A DNA stretch of 64,000 bases from Chiloscyllium plagiosum (lineage: Eukaryota), in contig NC_057711.1 in the NCBI RefSeq assembly GCF_004010195.1, forward strand, positions 75,781,579-75,845,578. Direction: 5' to 3'. Positions 52,546 through 64,000 of the stretch are shown in pieces. Position 1 is the first letter of the stretch, and every line of letters starts with the position of its first letter. The notes under the pieces were generated by a model. That model had not been told where the DNA came from and made no database searches. It saw nothing but the letters and a program-made list of their open reading frames with translations. The translations under genes and the position numbers were made by a program.

Positions 52546-54305
52546 GAGCTAAGATGTTAGGTCTTATAACAATACTGCTGTCTGAATGAGGAAAATATGT
52601 CTCTTTAAAAGTGATTGGTTTGGAAAAACAAAACCTCGGGTTCAATGGAGATAGGCATGCCATCTGATCATGTCAGCCAAGAAAAATTGGAGTACTGCAA
52701 ATCAGGGCTATGGAGTGCCATTGAGGAGGCAAGAAATATGAGGATTGTCCTTGGAAGTTTTGAACAGGACAGGATTGGACCAGGGAGTGAATGTCAGAGG
52801 TCTGACGACAGTTTGTAGAAATTGTAGAGTATATTCAGAAATTAAAATAAGAATTATTTTTAAAATTTCGATTATGTGAGGAGGAAGATAATACCAAGCA
52901 GGAGTTGAAGTGATTAACTTATAAGAACTCCTTGACATAGGGTAATGCAGGAGATTGCCCATTCATATCTGGAGCCATAAAAAGGTAATTGACAAAGAAC
53001 AACTACCACAATCTACTTCATTAGAGAATGGCTAAAACAAAAAGCCAGATGATTATAAAGTGAATTATAATTCTAGACTCCGCTTAGGACTATTCTGGAT
53101 CCCACATGTTCTTCAGATGATCTTTCTCACTTAAGTTTAAGAATACAGATCCTTCTGTCACTTAGGCAGGTCTGAAGAACTTAATTAACTCTCTCTGAAG
53201 GAATCAGCTGAGAATATTACTGTTCTCCAAAGAGCCTTTTTAAACAAGTGTTAGACAACTTATTAAAAACTGAATATTTGTATCCAGACATCTCTCCTCA
53301 ATACTTTAACTCTCCAATGAAACATGTACGAAAATGCTCTCGAGTTTGGAAATGGAAGACTCTATGACACAATATATATTTTTGAAATGATACAGAAGGT
53401 TATTGAAGAACTGAACATGCATTTCACATTTATTGGGAAGTTAATCACAGTATTGACAGTTCTCAGAAAATAAAGTATAATTTTGTTTCTTCCAGAGAAT
53501 ATAAGTTTACTAAATGTTACAGCTATTAATGAAATCTGCCAACATTTACACAGCATTTACATGGAAAGAAATGTACTGTGTTTAGTGAGATAGTTCTATC
53601 CTAATGAAGAGAAGAGGCATCATTGTTACATTATAGCAGCAAGACCTTTACCATGTGCTGGTGTGAATCTCTTATCTGAAAAACACCTGAGTGATTCCTA
53701 TTTTCATACCAGAAGAATGAAGCAGCAGGAAGCTCATAAGCACACTGCCAGTCAGCATCATTTGTGCTAACCCATCATGCTTTCCATAATCATGTTCATG
53801 GTTTTCAGAAAACTGCTTTGTGTTAGGACATGAACACAATAAGCATTGGATTATTGTGTATTTTCTTTTATATAAACACAGGATGTTCTATTGGAGGAGC
53901 ACCAAGTTTTCCCAGACACATTTTTACCAAACCAGATGAAGTCAGCTTTTATCCTTAAAACATAGGAGAAGCATTTTCTAATCTATTATAGTATCTTATA
54001 GCCTCTAATTATAGCTGGATTTCTTTACAATTATTGATACAGGTAAATAGAGAATTTGAATGATTAGTATGAACCTAAGATGGAAAATCATACAAACGTT
54101 CATAGAGTCATATTGCATAGAAACAGACCCTTCGGTCCACCATGATTATACTGACCAACAGGACGTGAAATTGAGAGTAATGAGGTGTTCAAATGTAACA
54201 TTTTAACGTACAGATTGTTGCAAAGCTTGGTTTATTCACATTCCAATGCAGTTTCTGGATTTCCACCAAATCTCCTTCAGTTCATTTGTAGCTCTGTACT
54301 GAAAG

Positions 54306-54370
54306 TCATTTGTCCACTAGAATCTTCAATTTCTCAATATCCTGTTTTGATTGTGTCATTTTGTCAGCAT
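54306..54370 (-). CDS. NMRK1: Candidate NMRK1 terminal coding exon (DADKMTQSKQDIEKLKILVDK*)
   Basis: T-rich tract plus TAG acceptor, phase-1 compatible, TGA at 54306-54308, AATAAA (minus) at 54231-54236; no homology support. Confidence 0.45.
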
Positions 54371-55204
54371 CTATCAATAGGACACAACCAACAAAACCAT
54401 TTATTATGATACATTCAGTGAAAGAAAGGTTGATTTTACACTCCCAAAGCAGCAAGTTTCTACCATGTGGTATGGAATACTGATAAAAGCAAGCTGCTTA
54501 AATAGATAGAAACATAAGGCCAGCAGGAGAGAAGCTTATTAGTATTAAAATAGTAAATAGCATTTGCAAATAATGTTGGTCACAGCATTCTGCCTAGAAC
54601 GATGTGCAGGCAACATATTTTTTGAAAGCCAGATGGATGATGCATACACATTATTCAAGTCATTCCAAAATCTAGTGGTGAAGAAAATGTCATTTTTAAA
54701 AGCTAAGATAGAAGTTATCTTTCCCTTTATTCATAGCCCATTGTAGCAATAGCAGCTCTTTAAAAGAGTTATCCAATTATTGAAAACCTCCTGCCCTCCT
54801 CTGGAGCCCTGCAAACTTTCCCTTCAAGAACTTCATTGACTTCCTTTCTAAATTTGTTAATAATCATTGTTGAATTATTCCACCCTCTTTTCTGACAATG
54901 CATTCTAAAACATATAGCGTAAACTTTTCACCCTGTTTTTTTTTTACTAAATACCTTAAATTTGAGTCCTTTGACCAGTGGAAATATTTTTCTTTATTTA
55001 CACCATCAAAATACTTAGTCATTTTGACACCAGTAAATGTCCCCCTAATCTTCTTTATTTTAAGAAGAGAAACCTCAGTTTATCTATCTCTTCAAATAGG
55101 TTAAGTCCCAAATTACTAGTACCATTCAAGTTAATTCTCTCCGACCCTGTACCAAGGCCTGCAAATCCTTCTTAAAAGTGAGATATCCAGAATTGAACTC
55201 AATT

Positions 55205-55621
55205 ATAGAGTCATAAAGTCATAGAGATGTAGAGCATGGAAACAGACCCTCTGGTCCAACCCTTCCATGCCAACCAGATATCCCAACCCAATCTAGTCCC
55301 ACCTGCCAGCATCCAGCCCATATCCCTCCAAACCCTTCCTATTCATATACCCATCCAAATGCCTCTTAAATGTTGCAATTGTAACAGCTTCCTCTGGCAG
55401 CTTATTCCATACACGTACCACCCTCTGTGTGAAAAAGTTGCCCCTTAGGTCTCTTTTAGATCTTTCCCCCTCACCCTAAACCTATGCCCTCTAGTTCTGG
55501 ACTCCCCGACCCCAGGGAAAAGACTTTGCCTATTTACCCTATCCATGCCCCTCATAATTTTGTAAACCTCTCTAAGGTCACCCCTCAGCCTCCGACGCTC
55601 CAGGGAAAACAGCCCCAGCCT
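55205..55621 (-). mobile_element. CR1 (HER1-like) 3' end in an NMRK1 intron
   Basis: Reverse complement of the 12000-12390 sequence; (ATGACT.T)n tail. Confidence 0.9.
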
Positions 55622-55874
55622 AATGGCTGACCAATGACTTAATAAATTATTTGTATTATTTCACTATTACTGTATTCTATGCCTCTGTTTATATAGTCAA
55701 AGATCCCATGTGTTTATCTATCAGTTTTATCAACTTGTCCTACCTCCAAATGTTTCTGTGGACAAAACCTAGGTCTTGCTGCTGTACTCATTTCAAAATT
55801 AAAACACTTAGCTTCTCTTGTGTCTCCTCTTTTTTTTTATAGACAGAAGCAGGAACCACAAGAAAAAAACTGAC

Positions 55875-55958
55875 CTTGGAGTTTCTGAACTTGTCTTAAA
55901 ATTTCTTCATGCACTTGTACGAACAGGTCCTCTGGGGGTTTTGTTCCGTCCAAGTAGA
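55875..55958 (-). CDS. NMRK1: NMRK1 exon (IYLDGTKPPEDLFVQVHEEILRQVQKLQ)
   Basis: YLDGTK..EDLF.QV motif; CAG acceptor, G|GTCAG donor; 84 nt, phase 1. Confidence 0.88.
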
Positions 55959-57635
55959 CTGAGACAAAAAAATATACTTGCATCATTTGATGCTTCTGAT
56001 GACCAAATCTGTAATTTTTAGTTACAGTAATTTCTCATAAACATGAGCCAAAAATATACAAAATATTACAAATGCCAAAAGCCTCGAAAAAACAGGAGGT
56101 GCCAAATGTGAAATGAGCATCTAATATGATAAATAACATAAATATATCACAAATTACTTATTAATTACTGAAAAAAAATAAATTATTTTCACACATCAAA
56201 ACATTTCATGTCCCACATTTCCAATAAGTCTGGATATTTAGGAGGCATTTGAAAATGATGGGTAGGTTCCAATTCTGGAAGTTCCATTCCTGTTCTAGCA
56301 AGTTTTACTGGTGTGAGATATGAGTATGAAGACTCAGCCCATATGCAGCTATCTTGCCTTTCCTGGCTCCATTATGGAATGTATGGTTCAGACGTCTCTA
56401 CAATTTTGGTGCAGGTAGACCCCTTCAATAAGCAGGAAAGATGCACAGTCTCTCTGAGGAATTGTAAACCACAGAAAATCCTAGTCTTGAGTCACCAATT
56501 TAAAAAAAAATGGAATTTATTGCTTCTCTTTTTTCTCATAACAATCAATCAAATGTTATCAATGTCAGAACTTCTCTCCACTTTACACCTCCTAAACTCT
56601 CATATATTTTAATCAGTAAAATTTGATCTAGTTTGTGTGTTATCTACATAAGATTAACAAGTGCAAACTGGAGACAAACTTCTGATATTAGACTATGAAT
56701 GCTGTAATTGATTGACAGCTTTATGAGAAGAGAATAAATGAGAATACTGAATTTGTGCTTTTTTAATTCATACTTATAACAGATTGTAAGCTCAGCAGTT
56801 TTTTTTTTCAGTTTTCAAAGTCTTTATTTTATGTACAGGATCATTTCAAAGACTTGTTAGTGGTTCATTGGTTCTGTTCTGGATACTGGGAGTGGGTGAG
56901 GGAGGATGCATATGTGACATGAAAATGGTATGGGAGAGATGAGGGTCAGCAAGGATATGAAGGAACATGGAGGAGGCAAAAGAGACCAAAGGTCTTGGGG
57001 ATAAGAGGGCCTGTGGCAGGGGGACATTCGGGGGGAACGTGGGGGTTAGGTGGAGGTTCAGAGGAGGTAAAGGGTAAGGTTTAAGGGATGATCATAATGA
57101 TTACAACTGAGTTTATTGCCTAGTAAACAGACACAGATCTTTGAGTACACCAGCCTTGCCATCCATCTGCCTCTGTTGCATCTTTGTGCCTGACCCCAGA
57201 GAGCTTGAGAACTGATTCCATTCCACTTTCACTTCGCCAGAATGAAATTTTGGCAGATGAGGGCTTCTTTATTGGAATTAATTTACAGAATTGAGATTTC
57301 CCCGATTTCTGCTTTGAGAGTCCTTCAGAAAAATCTTACCCTAGTTTGTGTTCATCATAACAATTACAGCTGAGGATAGAATTAGGTTTATGTAAATTCA
57401 TTCTTTATAATGTTTTGTTTTTATAAGAATTTTTAAACATGTATATATATATCAATTTAGTTGAAAGATTGCTTTAATCATTTTTAAAAATATTATTTCG
57501 AAAATTCTGATTGGCAGTATAAGTACTTTAAAATTAAAATTGGAGGCATTCTGGCTATCAATTGTCCTTCACAAGAATGAATCATGCTTAAGTCATAAAA
57601 TAACTACAAATGTAAATGAAAGTGAAAAAATGTAC

Positions 57636-57742
57636 TTATGTCAGACACTTTCTCTTCCATTTCCTTTCTATTTTTGAGGTACATTGGCCATACATGTCCA
57701 TCAAAGTTGCCAGGTGGATCTGGTGGATCATAGATTCTTAAA
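57636..57742 (-). CDS. NMRK1: NMRK1 exon (CLRIYDPPDPPGNFDGHVWPMYLKNRKEMEEKVSDI)
   Basis: Y.PPD.PG.FDGHVWPMYLK motif; 107 nt; follows an 82-nt GT-AG intron. Confidence 0.92.
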
Positions 57743-57824
57743 CTAAATAGAAAGATTCTGTTTACATCAAATTCGATCATTTGATGATAATAACCAGTTT
57801 AAAATAATTTAAATCCGTTCTTAC

Positions 57825-57896
57825 CATCTTCTTCTCTTACATTCTTCATATGGAATGGACAGATAGTAACGTAGATTAAAAACATCATTTAAGGGC
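57825..57896 (-). CDS. NMRK1: NMRK1 exon ([23 protein letters not shown])
   Basis: [10 protein letters not shown] motif; TAG acceptor, GTAAG donor; 72 nt. Confidence 0.92.
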
Positions 57897-58328
57897 CTAA
57901 AAACATATATCGGTATGTAAAGCACTATACAGCAAGATACATTCTTACATATATATAGTGACTGAATACAGGTTATACAACATCCCTATCTAAACTGATA
58001 AAGGTCTACTGAAACAATCAGTTCTGAGTTAATTTGAATGGGAATGGTAGAATTTAGAAAAATATCCACTTTCTTGCATTCATTTACTTTTGGGCCTTAG
58101 CAATTGAGAAGAGTGAGGAAAACTGAACTTGCACTGCACACTGTTGTTGCTAAACCAGTTCATGCAACATATTTTATGCATAGCCGCTAGCAAGACTTTA
58201 AAGAGTTCAATAATTTCCTTACAGCCCCCAGTTAATCCATAGGTCCTACATAATAACTTAGTAAAAATATAAGACAAATAATTACACATTGGAACCAACT
58301 GAACTTTTTCAAGTTCCAGCAAACATAC

Positions 58329-58482
58329 CTATAATTGTAAAGGAGGAAACCTTCCACTATTAGGATGTTGACTTTGTTCACTGATAAATCTGGAAATGCT
58401 TGTTCAGGATGTACATCAGGTATGTTCTCTATCCAGGCATAAACTGAATTCATCATTGCTTCCATATCCAAAGCTGTGATAA
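58329..58482 (-). CDS. NMRK1: Nicotinamide riboside kinase internal exon (VITALDMEAMMNSVYAWIEN...NILIVEGFLLYNYR)
   Basis: ALDM..M and ILIVEGFLLYNY motifs of the NRK family; TAG acceptor, GTATG donor; 154 nt; NMRK1 rather than NMRK2 assigned by adjacency to CARNMT1. Confidence 0.9.
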
Positions 58483-59610
58483 CTAAAAAATAATTGTGCC
58501 TGATGAGAAACGACTGCCCTTAAAATGAACATGCTCACTGATGTAACAAAATATTAATGTGACAGGTGTTGATGCACACACATATCTACATTTTTATTAG
58601 TTGTATTTTAGAGCTATATTCATTTCCAGCAGAAGCTTGCTGATTTGAATTCCAATATTATCATCATTTTATTTAGAGCATAAACGGAGTCAAGAGTTAA
58701 ACCTGTTCTTATTCAGACGACTGAAGGAATATTACGTCCTGGTACAACATTTCAAATCTGTAGGTAAAAACAATGACTGCAGATGCTGGAAATCTGTAGA
58801 ATGGCAGAAGGGAGATCAAAAAGAGTTGGAGAAATCGAAGGAGAAAAGAAACTGCAAGCGTTCTCACAGAACAGTTACAGGCAGGAGACTCACACTGATT
58901 AAATTCCAATTTCCTGCCATATCCCTATTACTGTGCTAACTGTTTCTATTTAAATAATCATCAATGTCCTCTTGAATAACTTAATTAAACTTGCCTCACC
59001 ACACTTCCAGACTATGGACCACTTCCTGTGTGAAAAAGCTTTTTCTCTAAACTCATATTTGCTTCTTTTCCAAAACACTTTAAATGTCTCTCAAGTCCTT
59101 TTCCAATGAATCCACTGTTAATTTTCTCTTCACTTCTGGAAGCTGATAGCATCAGCAAAGCACTATTCCTAAACTTTCAACAATTCAAAGCTTCAAACTG
59201 TCCTGTCAAGCTCACGATTTAGTCTCTTTAGGCCCCTCATGATTTGTTTTAAATGTATGTATTTATTGAAAAATGTTTTCACTCTTTTCCAAGAAAACAA
59301 ACCAAAAAGTTATAAAAAGTACACAAGTAAAGAAAAGTCGAAACAATATTGTACTAATATATCACAGTAACATTGACAATAAACTGCCTACTATTCTTCA
59401 AGATACAGTTGTCTCATATTTATTTAACTTTAACCAAATTAGCATAAACTCAAATAAAATAAAATAACATTAAATTAAATTACACTATACTGTACTATAT
59501 TACATTAATCCAATTGGCGCATCTCTAAAAAGGGTTCCAACCATGGGAGCAACTGTTATTATATCCGTATTTACTAGCCCCCACCCCATCCCAGGGTCCC
59601 TGGACCACAT

Positions 59611-59735
59611 TCCTGATGAAGGTCTTTTGCCTGAAACATCGATTTTGTCTGTCCTCGGATGCTGCCTGAATTGCTGTGCTCTTCCAGCACCACTAATCCA
59701 GAATCTGGTTTCCAGCATCTGCAGTCATTGTTTTC
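59611..59735 (+). mobile_element. Single hammerhead-bearing PLE terminal unit inserted in the L1, 7-bp TSD
   Basis: ACCACAT at 59604-59610 and 59736-59742; CTGATGAAGGTCTTTTGCCTGAAACATC; near-identical to 19381-19508. Confidence 0.85.
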
Positions 59736-59859
59736 ACCACATATGGCTCTCCTGGCTATATAGAGGCCCTAATCAGTACTGCAGACAGATCCATGTCTAT
59801 GGAATTTAGAAAGGGCCGCCATGTCAAATAAAATTGCTCCGTTCCGTGGTGCACCATAC

Positions 59860-60402
59860 TTAGAGTCATAAAGTCATAGAGATGTACAGCATGGAAACAG
59901 ACCCTTCGGTCCAACCAGTCCATGCCGACGAGATATCCCAACCCAATCTAGTCCCACCTGCTAGAACCTCCAAACCCTTCCTATTCATTTAGCATCCAAA
60001 TGCCTCTTAAATGTTGCATTTGTACCAGCCTCCACCACTTCCTCTGGCAGGTCATTCCATTCTCGTACCACCCTGTGTCAAAACGTTGCCCCTTAGGTCT
60101 TTTTTATATCTTTCCCCTCTCACCCTAAACCTATGCCCTCTAGTTCTGGACTCCCCGGCTCCAGGGAAAAGACTTTGTCCATTTACCCAATCCATGCCCC
60201 TCACAATTTTGTAAGCCTCTATAAGATCACTCCTCAGCCTCTGACGCGCCAGGGAAAACAGCCCCAGCCTGTTCAGCCTCTCCCTATAGCTCAAATCCTC
60301 CAACCCTGGCAACATCCTTGTAAATCTTTTCTGAACCCTTTCAAGTTTCACAACATCTTTCCGATAGGAAGGAGACCAGAATTGTACGCAATATTCCAAC
60401 AG
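59860..60402 (-). mobile_element. CR1 3' fragment inserted in the L1
   Basis: EYCVQFWSPSYRKDVVKLERVQKRFTRMLPG. Confidence 0.92.
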
Positions 60403-61966
60403 TGTAATCTTGAGGGAGGTGCTCCATCACAAGTCTGTGCCACCCTGCAAGACCTGGAGGCCTTTCTAATATCCAATTCATAAGGATATTCTTCCTCGCA
60501 CAGCGTATAAGAATATTGAATAACCAATTCCTGTGCTCACCCAAAAACAGAAGATTTGGTAGTCCTAAAAGGAGGAATCCTCCATAACTTCCATTCCCAA
60601 GATCCTCTCCAGCTCATTCATAATGGCCCCCCAGTATCCGCAGATCTTGTAAGAGGACCAAAAGCAATGTGTAAGGGTGCTAATACTGTTTTTACATTTG
60701 GGACATTTTGTGAAGATCCTTTCTTAAACTTTGCTAACCTCTCTGGCGCCGTATGGGCCCTGGGAGGATCTTCAATTGCCTCGCTTGTGCCTTATTGAAA
60801 TTTTCTTATCCCCCAAGGCATTCCCTCTCTGCAGATGATATATGGTACTAACTGGGAGAGTGCCCCTACATTGGAGCTGACTTGTAGGGCTGGGCCAAGA
60901 GTATAGTCTTCTTCTGTACGTAATCTCTAACCTGGAAATATAGGAAAAGATCCCTATTAGGGAATCCATATTTCTAACCTAAATGGCTGAAAGACATCAA
61001 GACCTCTCCCTCAAATAAACATCCCAGACAGGAGATTCCTTTACCCTCCAATGGTCTGAAGCCAGAATCCATTGACCCTGGTCTAAATCCTGGGGCTTGC
61101 ACTAACGGGTTGAACAGCAAAGTCTTAAGCAAACTGCCCTCACCCTGCCGCATTATCCTCCATGCTTTCACCATATTTATGATAATTGGACTCTCTCAGT
61201 GCTCAACTATAGACTTCATCTTATCCATGAACAGTAACTTTCTGAGGGGACATCTCGCCTGCGAGGCCTCCACATCAAGGCATATCGACTTTGGGTCACT
61301 GCTCGCCCATTCGCCTATATATGACAACAGGGTGCCTATTTGGTATCTCTTCAGATCTGGGAAGTCCACCCCTCCAATATCCCGCAGAAGTTTCAACTTG
61401 GTAAATTTAATTAGGGTGCACCTATGGCACCAAATAAATGATCCAAGCCATCCCACAAACTGCCGCAGCACCTGTTTGGATAAGAACAACGGGAGCATCC
61501 TCATAGAGGAACCAAGGAAGAACATTCATTTTAATCAAGGCTATATGGCCTAGCCATGATATGGGTAGTCCCTCCCATCTCTGCAAGTCCTGCTTTATTC
61601 TCTTGAACAGCTGCATAAAGTTGGCTCCGTACAGCTGCCGGAAGTAAAGGCTAATAAAAATTCACAGATAGAGAAAACCTTTCTGTGACCATCTGAAAGG
61701 AAAATCCATTCCGTCCTCCAGCCTCGGTACTTTCATCAATCCATCTTTGAGCATGACTTCCGGTTTTGTGAAATTTATCCTGTATCCCGAAAAGCTGCCG
61801 AATAATTTAACTTTTTGTATTAGCCGGGGTATGGACTTTTCCGGGTTTGCCAAAAACAAAAGGACATCGTCCGCATAGAGAGTGATTTTGTGTTCCCCAA
61901 CTCCCACATTTGGTGCCATTATTTCAGGGTCCTTTCGGATTGCCACCGCCAGTGATTCAAGGACCA

Positions 61967-63505
61967 GATATAAATCTCAGTAACATGTGAACTCTCTCTA
62001 AACTCCCACATCCAACAAGAAGAGCATATCACTCTACTAAAGGCCATTTCTTGCTTCTTTCAATCTACAGACCCAGAAAATAGCACTGTCTTATTCCTCT
62101 ACAAAACACTACTCTAGGTTAAATTAATACTTACAGCTTATATTTTTAAATTTAATTAAGAGACATATCTCAATATAACATATAATCAAGAAAGAACCCA
62201 CTCTATTCACTACTGCAGACTTACTGTAAGGCCACACTTAAAATATTCATCTATCTGTTTCTGTGCTGTGACCTCTCCCAAACAGGTTCCTGCAAGATTA
62301 GTTGTGAATTTCACTGTTCGTTAATTTTCCCAGACGCACTCCGATGTCCAGTGATACATGAATTCAAACAGCAAAGGCAGTAACTGTGCAGGTTCACTGT
62401 TGTATCAGTTAGAATTGTGGGTTTCTTTCTCTCTCTCTCTCCTGCACCGACTTCACAAACTGGCTCAAAGGTAGAAGACAGAAGGTGGTGGTGGAGAGTT
62501 GTTTTCCACACTGAAGGCCTGTGACCAGTGGAGTGCCACAAGGACCGGTGCTGGGTCCACTACCTTTTGTCATTTATATAAACGATTTGGATGTGAGTAA
62601 AAGAGGTATAGTTAGTAGGTTCGCAGATGACACCAAGTTCAGTGGACAATGAAGAAGGTTACCTCAGATTGCATCAGGATCTTGATCAGATGGATCAATA
62701 GGCTGAGATGTGGCAGATGGAGTCTAATTTAGATAAATGTGAGGTACTGCATTTTGGGAAAGCAAATCTTGGCAGGATTTATACATTTAATGGTAATGTC
62801 CAAGGGAGTGCTGCTGAACAAAGAGACTTTGGAGTGCAGGTTCAGAGCTCCTTGAAAGTGGAGTCGCAGCTAGATAGGATAGTGAAGAAGTTGTTTGGTA
62901 TGCTTTCCTTTATTAGTCTGAGTGTTGAGTACAGGAGTTGGGAGGTCATGTTGTGGCTATAAAAAACATTGGTTAGGCCACTGTTGGAATATTGTGTACA
63001 AATCTGGTCTTCTTCCTATCGGAAAGATGGTGTGAAAATTGAAAGGGTTCAGAAAAGATTTTAAAGGATGTTGCCAGGGTTGGAGGATTTGAGCTATAGA
63101 GAGAGGCTGAATAGGCAGGGGCTGTTTTCCCAGGAGTGTCGGAGGCTGATAGGTAACCTTATAGAGGTTTATAAAATCATGAGGGGCATAGAAAGGATAA
63201 ATAGNNNNNNNNNNNNNNNNNNNNNNNNNNNNNNNNNNNNNNNNNNNNNNNNNNNNNNNNNNNNNNNNNNNNNNNGTTTTCACACAGAGGGTGGTACATG
63301 TATGAAATGAGCTGCAAGAGGAAGTGTTGGAGGTCAGTACAATTGCAACATTTAAGAGGCATTGGATGGGTATATGAATAGGAAGGTTTTGGGTGAATAT
63401 GGGCCAGGTGCTGGCAGGTGGGACTAGATTGGGTTGGGATATCTGGTCGGCATGAACAAGTTGGACTGAAGGGTCTGTTTCCGTGCTGTACATCTCTGTG
63501 ACTCT
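61967..63505 (+). mobile_element. CR1 insertion with inverted 5' end (5'UTR/ORF1 start on minus 61967-62452; RT-to-tail on plus 62453-63505)
   Basis: TSD AAGGACCA (61959-61966) / AAGTACCA (63506-63513); minus-strand MAFSRVICSSCWMWEF...YI resembles the CR1 ORF1 zinc-finger start. Confidence 0.8.
63205..63275. other. Assembly gap (71 N) inside a CR1 copy
   Basis: Run of N. Confidence 1.
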
Positions 63506-64000
63506 AAGTACCAAGGTAAGCAGTAGCGGTGACAGGGAACATCCCTTTCGGCTGCCCCTCCCCACAACAAAATTTCTCAATTTAACCCCATTCATGATAA
63601 CCGCTGCCTTGGGGTCTTTATATAACATTGGGACCCACCCGGCGAAAGCCCCTCCCAGACCAAAACGATCTAGAACAGCAAAGTGATACGACCATTCCAT
63701 CCATTCAAAAGCCTTTACTGCAACCAGAGGGGCCACCAAACCCAGACTCTTTCTCTGCTGACATATTTGTACTATATTCAATACCCATATGATATTGTTG
63801 GAGGAGCTGCGGCCCTTGATAAAATCCGTTGGTCCTCTTTAACAATAACAAGCAATACCTTCTCCAACCTCAGAGCCAACACCTTTAATAGAATTTTAAA
63901 ATCCACATTCAACAATGATAGGGGTCTGAATGATGTACAATCTTCAGGGTCTTTCCCTTTTCTTAAAATAAGGGAGTTATTAGCTTTCCTAAGAGAGCGT

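Larger units (their letters stand above)
59255..64000 (-). mobile_element. L1-clade LINE ORF2 (RT and C-terminal region), decayed, runs off the window, carries three insertions
   Basis: RPLSLLNVDFKIL, GSRKGCSLSPLLL, HKITLYADDVLLFL, LPISWLGHIALIKMNVLP, GGVDFPDL motifs; AATAAA on minus near 59262. Confidence 0.9.

Noticed and set aside
57700..57715. PGNF instead of PGYF in NMRK1 as a functional change
   Set aside because: As I recall this position varies between NRK paralogues; the EGFLL and RxY motifs are intact
62957..63781. 274-aa minus-strand ORF
   Set aside because: Chimera of L1 RT and antisense CR1 running through an N gap

Overview
Eukaryotic, intron-rich vertebrate DNA, inferred to be from a shark or ray because HE1/V-SINE-like, Deu-domain SINE, CR1/HER1-like and Penelope repeats dominate. 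Two minus-strand genes can be assembled exon by exon with GT-AG sites and consistent phases. CARNMT1 (carnosine N-methyltransferase) has coding exons 1-6 between 41755 and 14729; its last two exons were not found and probably lie left of the window. The 3' half of NMRK1 (nicotinamide riboside kinase) lies at 58482-55875, with a candidate terminal exon near 54.3 kb. This gene order matches the mammalian NMRK1-CARNMT1 locus. The rest is largely decayed retroelements: many CR1 LINEs (one nearly full length with an esterase-type ORF1), an L1-clade LINE, L2 remnants, SINEs, a solo LTR and at least three Penelope-like (PLE) families. The most interesting signal is about a dozen minimal hammerhead-ribozyme motifs (CUGANGA-stem II-GAAA-CGUC/GCUH). 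Some sit at PLE ends. Others are short non-coding units, including ~200-bp palindromes and TSD-flanked insertions, which suggests independently mobile retrozyme-like elements. The PLE-hammerhead link is established; activity and novelty of these particular units cannot be shown from sequence alone. Also noted: nested and fold-back PLE junctions, a 5'-inverted CR1 inside an L1, and an unidentified TSD-flanked insert with decayed coding potential. All gene and family assignments are by recognition from memory, not database search. Repeat boundaries are approximate unless a TSD is quoted.
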